DNA of 64,000 nucleotides from an uncultured Candidatus Binatia bacterium (GTDB lineage Bacteria; Desulfobacterota; Binatia; Bin18): NCBI GenBank assembly GCA_965214605.1, contig OZ243961.1, positions 2,944,001 to 3,008,000 of the forward strand, read 5' to 3'. Shown piece by piece: positions 60,501 to 64,000 of this stretch (position 1 is its first letter; each line of letters starts with the position of its first letter). The notes under the pieces were generated by a model. It saw only the letters and a program-made list of their open reading frames with translations, ran no database searches and was not told where the DNA came from. The position numbers and the translations under genes were made by a program.

Positions 60501-62222
60501 ATGGCGACGGCGATAAAAATCGACTGTAATGTGGACGTTCCAATGCCAGACGGGGTCGTGCTGCGCGCCGATATCTATCGACCTGACGATACTGCCCGCC
60601 ACCCGGTCTTGCTGGCACGCCTGCCGTATAACAAAGACCTGTCTCTTATCACCCTCTCCTTACTCAGTCCGGTCCGTGCCGCAAAACATGGCTATGTGGT
60701 CGTGCTGCAAGACACCCGTGGACGCTTTAAGTCAGAGGGAAATTTTATCCCGTTTGCCGATGAGGCCCGGGATGGGGCGGATACAATTGCCTGGTGCGCG
60801 GATCAGGCGTGGTCAAGCGGTCAGGTGGGGATGTTCGGTGCCTCCTACTATGGGGCGACGCAGTGGCTGGCCGCGACCGCCAACCCGCCGGCCCTCAAAG
60901 CCATGGTGCCAACGATTACCTCGTCCGGTTACCACGAGGGCTGGACCTACCAAGGTGGAGCGTTTCAGCAAGGGTTCATTCAGTTTTGGACCGCCGGCTT
61001 GGCAGTTGAAACGCTGGGACGCTTAAATCGCGCGCCGGGCGATGCGCGGAGCAAGCTGTACGGGACGATTTTTGGCATGCACGATGCCTATCAGCGGCTC
61101 CCCCTCAACGACTTTTCGCCGGCCAGCGTGCCGGGCCTGATGGACCACTATCGGGAGTGGCTCAGCCATCCGTCTCAGGATGACTACTGGGAAAAATGGC
61201 GCATTGAGTCGAAGTACGCCGACATGGATGTTCCGGCGCTCCACATCGCGGGCTGGTACGATATTTTTCTGGAGGGCTCCTTGCGGAACTATGTCGGCAT
61301 GCGCCGGCAGGCCAAAAGCGCCCAAACCCGCCAACGGCAGCGGCTGTTTGTTGGACCGTGGCTGCACGGTCTGTTCGATCGGGTCGTCGGTGAGGTTGAT
61401 TTCGGACCGAGCGTGCTGCTCGACGCGGTCAACCTGGGCGGGATGCATCTCAAGTGGTTTGATCACTGCCTGCGTGGCGAGCCCGATTCGAGCGCGCCGG
61501 TACGGATTTTTGTCATGGGCGCAAACACGTGGCGCAATGAGAACGAGTGGCCGCTCGCCCGTGCCATCCCGACCCGCTACTATCTGGCCGGCCAGGGGCG
61601 GGCCAACAGCCTGCGCGGTGATGGGCGTTTGCTAAGCCAGCTGGCCGCTGACCAGACCAGCGACACCTTTCTGTACGATCCCACGCGACCCGTGCCCTCG
61701 TGGGGCGGGTGCACCCTCTTTCCGGGCGCTCAGAGTGCCGGACCGTGCGACCAGCGTCCAGTCGAGGAGCGCGACGACGTGTTGGTCTACACCTCCGCTC
61801 CACTGAGCCAGCCGACCGAAGTCACCGGCCCGATTGAAGCGGTCATCTTTGCCGCCACAGACGGACGCGATACCGACTTCACCGCCAAACTCGTCGCCGT
61901 GGCCGCGGATGGACGAGCCATCAATTTGTGCGACGGCATTATGCGGGCGCGCTACCGTAGCGGTTTGTCCCGGCCGGAACTGCTGGAGCCCGGCCAAGTC
62001 TACGAGTACCGAATCCAGCTCGGCTCAACCAGCTTTGTCTTTGCCCCGGGCGAGTGTATCCGGCTGGAGGTGTCAAGCAGTAATTTCCCGCGTTTTGATC
62101 GCAACCTTAACACTGGCGGGGCCCTCGGTCTTGAGTCCGAAGGGCGAGCCGCGGTGCAGCGGGTATTCCACGGCGGGGCATGGCCCTCACACCTTGTGTT
62201 GCCGATTGTTCCGCCCGCCTAG
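60501..62222 (+). CDS. CocE/NonD family serine hydrolase
   Basis: RLPY, QDTRGR, GASYYG nucleophile, GWYD, GPWLH and SSSNFPRF motifs. Confidence 0.95.
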   Translation: MATAIKIDCNVDVPMPDGVVLRADIYRPDDTARHPVLLARLPYNKDLSLITLSLLSPVRAAKHGYVVVLQDTRGRFKSEGNFIPFADEARDGADTIAWCADQAWSSGQVGMFGASYYGATQWLAATANPPALKAMVPTITSSGYHEGWTYQGGAFQQGFIQFWTAGLAVETLGRLNRAPGDARSKLYGTIFGMHDAYQRLPLNDFSPASVPGLMDHYREWLSHPSQDDYWEKWRIESKYADMDVPALHIAGWYDIFLEGSLRNYVGMRRQAKSAQTRQRQRLFVGPWLHGLFDRVVGEVDFGPSVLLDAVNLGGMHLKWFDHCLRGEPDSSAPVRIFVMGANTWRNENEWPLARAIPTRYYLAGQGRANSLRGDGRLLSQLAADQTSDTFLYDPTRPVPSWGGCTLFPGAQSAGPCDQRPVEERDDVLVYTSAPLSQPTEVTGPIEAVIFAATDGRDTDFTAKLVAVAADGRAINLCDGIMRARYRSGLSRPELLEPGQVYEYRIQLGSTSFVFAPGECIRLEVSSSNFPRFDRNLNTGGALGLESEGRAAVQRVFHGGAWPSHLVLPIVPPA

Positions 62223-62268
62223 GCGGGCGACACGCTCAGCCTAAAACAGACCTGAGAAAGGGACAAGC

Positions 62269-63267
62269 ATGAACCCCAAAGTGTGTATCTCGTTTGTCGG
62301 ATCGTCCGGGCTGGGCGGCTTCCCGGCCTATTCGCCGGAACTGGCCGCTGAGCTCCAGCGTGAGTTTCCCGCCGCCCGCATCACCCTCATCCAAGACCCA
62401 AGCCAACGCCAGACCGAGCTGGCCGACACCGACGTGCTGTTTGCCGTCCGTTTTAGTCCGCGCGATCTCCAAGGTGCCCGGCAGCTCAAGTGGCTCCACC
62501 TCGCCTCGGCCGGGGCAACCCATGTCTTGTTTCCAGAGATGATCGCCAGCGACGTGATCATCACTAACTCCCGAGGCCTCCACGGTATTCCGATTGCCGA
62601 ACACATCCTGGGCGTGATGATTATGCTGGCCCGCCAGATACACGTGGCCTACCGGTATCAACTCAAAGGCAAATGGCCGCGGCGCGAGATGTTTGAGCTG
62701 TATCCGACCTTTTCCGAGCTGTATGGCGGCACGGCTGGGATTATCGGACTGGGCGGGATTGGCATGGCGGTTGCCGAGCGGGTCAAAGCGATGGGGATGC
62801 GGGTGATTGCCACCAAGCGCAGGGTTGAGGCCGTACCGCCGTGTGTGGATGAGGTGTTGGGCACTGAGGGCTTAGCGCGCCTCTTGCAAGAGTCTGATTT
62901 TGTGATCATCGCCGCCCCGCTCACGCCCCAGACGACCGGCTTGATCGGTGAGCAAGAGCTGCGGCTAATGAAGCCCACCGCCCACATCATCAATGTCGGG
63001 CGTGGTCCGATTATTCAGGAGCAGGTGCTGATTCGAGCCCTAAAAGAGGGCTGGATTGCCGGAGCCGGCCTTGATGTGACCGACCCCGAGCCGCCCCAGC
63101 CGGACAGCGAGCTGTTTCGGCTGCCCAATGTGGTACTGACTCCCCATGACTCGGGTTTACGCTCTGAGTACTGGAAGCACGCGACCGAGGTCTTCAAGCC
63201 CAATCTGGCCAAGTTTCTGCGGGGTGAGGCGCTAGACAACGTGGTCGATAAACACGGCGGTTACTAA
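62269..63267 (+). CDS. D-2-hydroxyacid dehydrogenase
   Basis: GLGGIG, NVGRG, LDVTDPEP and TPH motifs. Confidence 0.93.
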   Translation: MNPKVCISFVGSSGLGGFPAYSPELAAELQREFPAARITLIQDPSQRQTELADTDVLFAVRFSPRDLQGARQLKWLHLASAGATHVLFPEMIASDVIITNSRGLHGIPIAEHILGVMIMLARQIHVAYRYQLKGKWPRREMFELYPTFSELYGGTAGIIGLGGIGMAVAERVKAMGMRVIATKRRVEAVPPCVDEVLGTEGLARLLQESDFVIIAAPLTPQTTGLIGEQELRLMKPTAHIINVGRGPIIQEQVLIRALKEGWIAGAGLDVTDPEPPQPDSELFRLPNVVLTPHDSGLRSEYWKHATEVFKPNLAKFLRGEALDNVVDKHGGY

Positions 63268-63326
63268 CGCCCTCTTCTCTGCCGACGATGGGGGAGAAGC
63301 CCGTGTCCTCCCTCCGTGCTGATCCC

Positions 63327-64000
63327 TTACTGCACAAAGGCGTCCCGTCCACGGCTATAGGCAAAGATATTCTGGGCCGAGTTCCGGTTCACGAGTTCCC
63401 GGCCATACATCGGGTGATACAGGCTGCGGACCTCGTGCTCGAGTTCGCACAAGAGTTTGCCCGTCTTGGGACTCACAATAGCCTGAAATCGGTACTGATA
63501 GTCGTTGGATTCCTCGCTGATCAGCTTTTGGCGCTTTAAGAAAGCGTGGGGGCCCGAAAAATCGGCCACATAGATGGCAATATGATGCCCGTCGTACTCG
63601 GGCAGGGGCTCGGCGGTTTCCCGGAAGCGTAAAACCTGGGAGCAACCCATAGCGACCTCGGTCACTGTGCCCCGGCCGTCTTTGACCACTGTCGCCGGGG
63701 CGCGCATGACCGTGCGGTAGAAGACTGCAATGCCTCGGGCAGTTTTGGGTTTAACGAGTACCTCCACGTAAGGCATGCCGAGGCTCATGTCCCCAAACCG
63801 CGGGTCAGGAGCGTGACAGCGGATCTGATTTCCCCACGGGCAGCTCACCTCAACGTAGTCTTCTTGGGCCGTCCAGCTAAAGGCCGTTCCGGCTAATTTG
63901 TCTTCAAGCCTTGTGAGCCGCCGTTGCAGGGCGTCGAGGTCGGAGACAACTAGACCGATGCAGCCGGTCAGGACCTGGGGGTCGCGGGTGGGTAGATGAA
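63327..64000 (-). CDS. VOC/glyoxalase-like protein (5' end outside the window)
   Basis: Frame open to the window edge: HLPTRDPQVL..CPWGN..YDGHHIAIY..LEHEVRS. Confidence 0.75.
   Translation of the reverse strand, partial: HLPTRDPQVLTGCIGLVVSDLDALQRRLTRLEDKLAGTAFSWTAQEDYVEVSCPWGNQIRCHAPDPRFGDMSLGMPYVEVLVKPKTARGIAVFYRTVMRAPATVVKDGRGTVTEVAMGCSQVLRFRETAEPLPEYDGHHIAIYVADFSGPHAFLKRQKLISEESNDYQYRFQAIVSPKTGKLLCELEHEVRSLYHPMYGRELVNRNSAQNIFAYSRGRDAFVQ

Noticed and set aside
1-64000. CRISPR arrays, tRNA/rRNA genes, intact IS or integrase
   Set aside because: None recognised by eye. The only tandem repeat has two units and no spacer.

Overview
GC-rich bacterial chromosomal segment. The gene repertoire (class III CoA-transferases, amidohydrolase-2, crotonases, five VOC proteins, LLM monooxygenase, CocE hydrolase, DUF4911, DUF309, MutS2, rpoH) resembles Binatia/deltaproteobacterial lineages, possibly host- or sponge-associated; this taxonomy is inference only. 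Intact genes include tatA/B-tatC, an HDAC-family deacetylase, a single-chain acyl-CoA carboxylase, MutS2, rpoZ-rpoH, a TrmJ-like methyltransferase, a FadB-like enzyme and a B12 radical SAM protein. A surface-polysaccharide locus (14.3-24 kb) is partly decayed. Hand translation across frameshifts shows that many apparently intergenic stretches are gene relics: an SNF2 helicase, PncC, two GT4s, a nucleotidyltransferase-like gene, an ATP-dependent DNA ligase, a Type III REase/REase-like/SPPY methyltransferase island and DUF4276. The best candidate for an undescribed system is an intact two-gene operon at 923-1813. It encodes a cytoplasmic pierisin/cholera-toxin-fold ADP-ribosyltransferase-like protein and a small unknown partner, next to the helicase relic. 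Other oddities are a permuted fibronectin-III-like insert in an O-antigen ligase/polymerase-like protein and a PQQ-type propeller lacking the catalytic Asp. No rRNA, tRNA, CRISPR array or intact transposase was seen. All family calls are from motif recognition by eye, without database searches.
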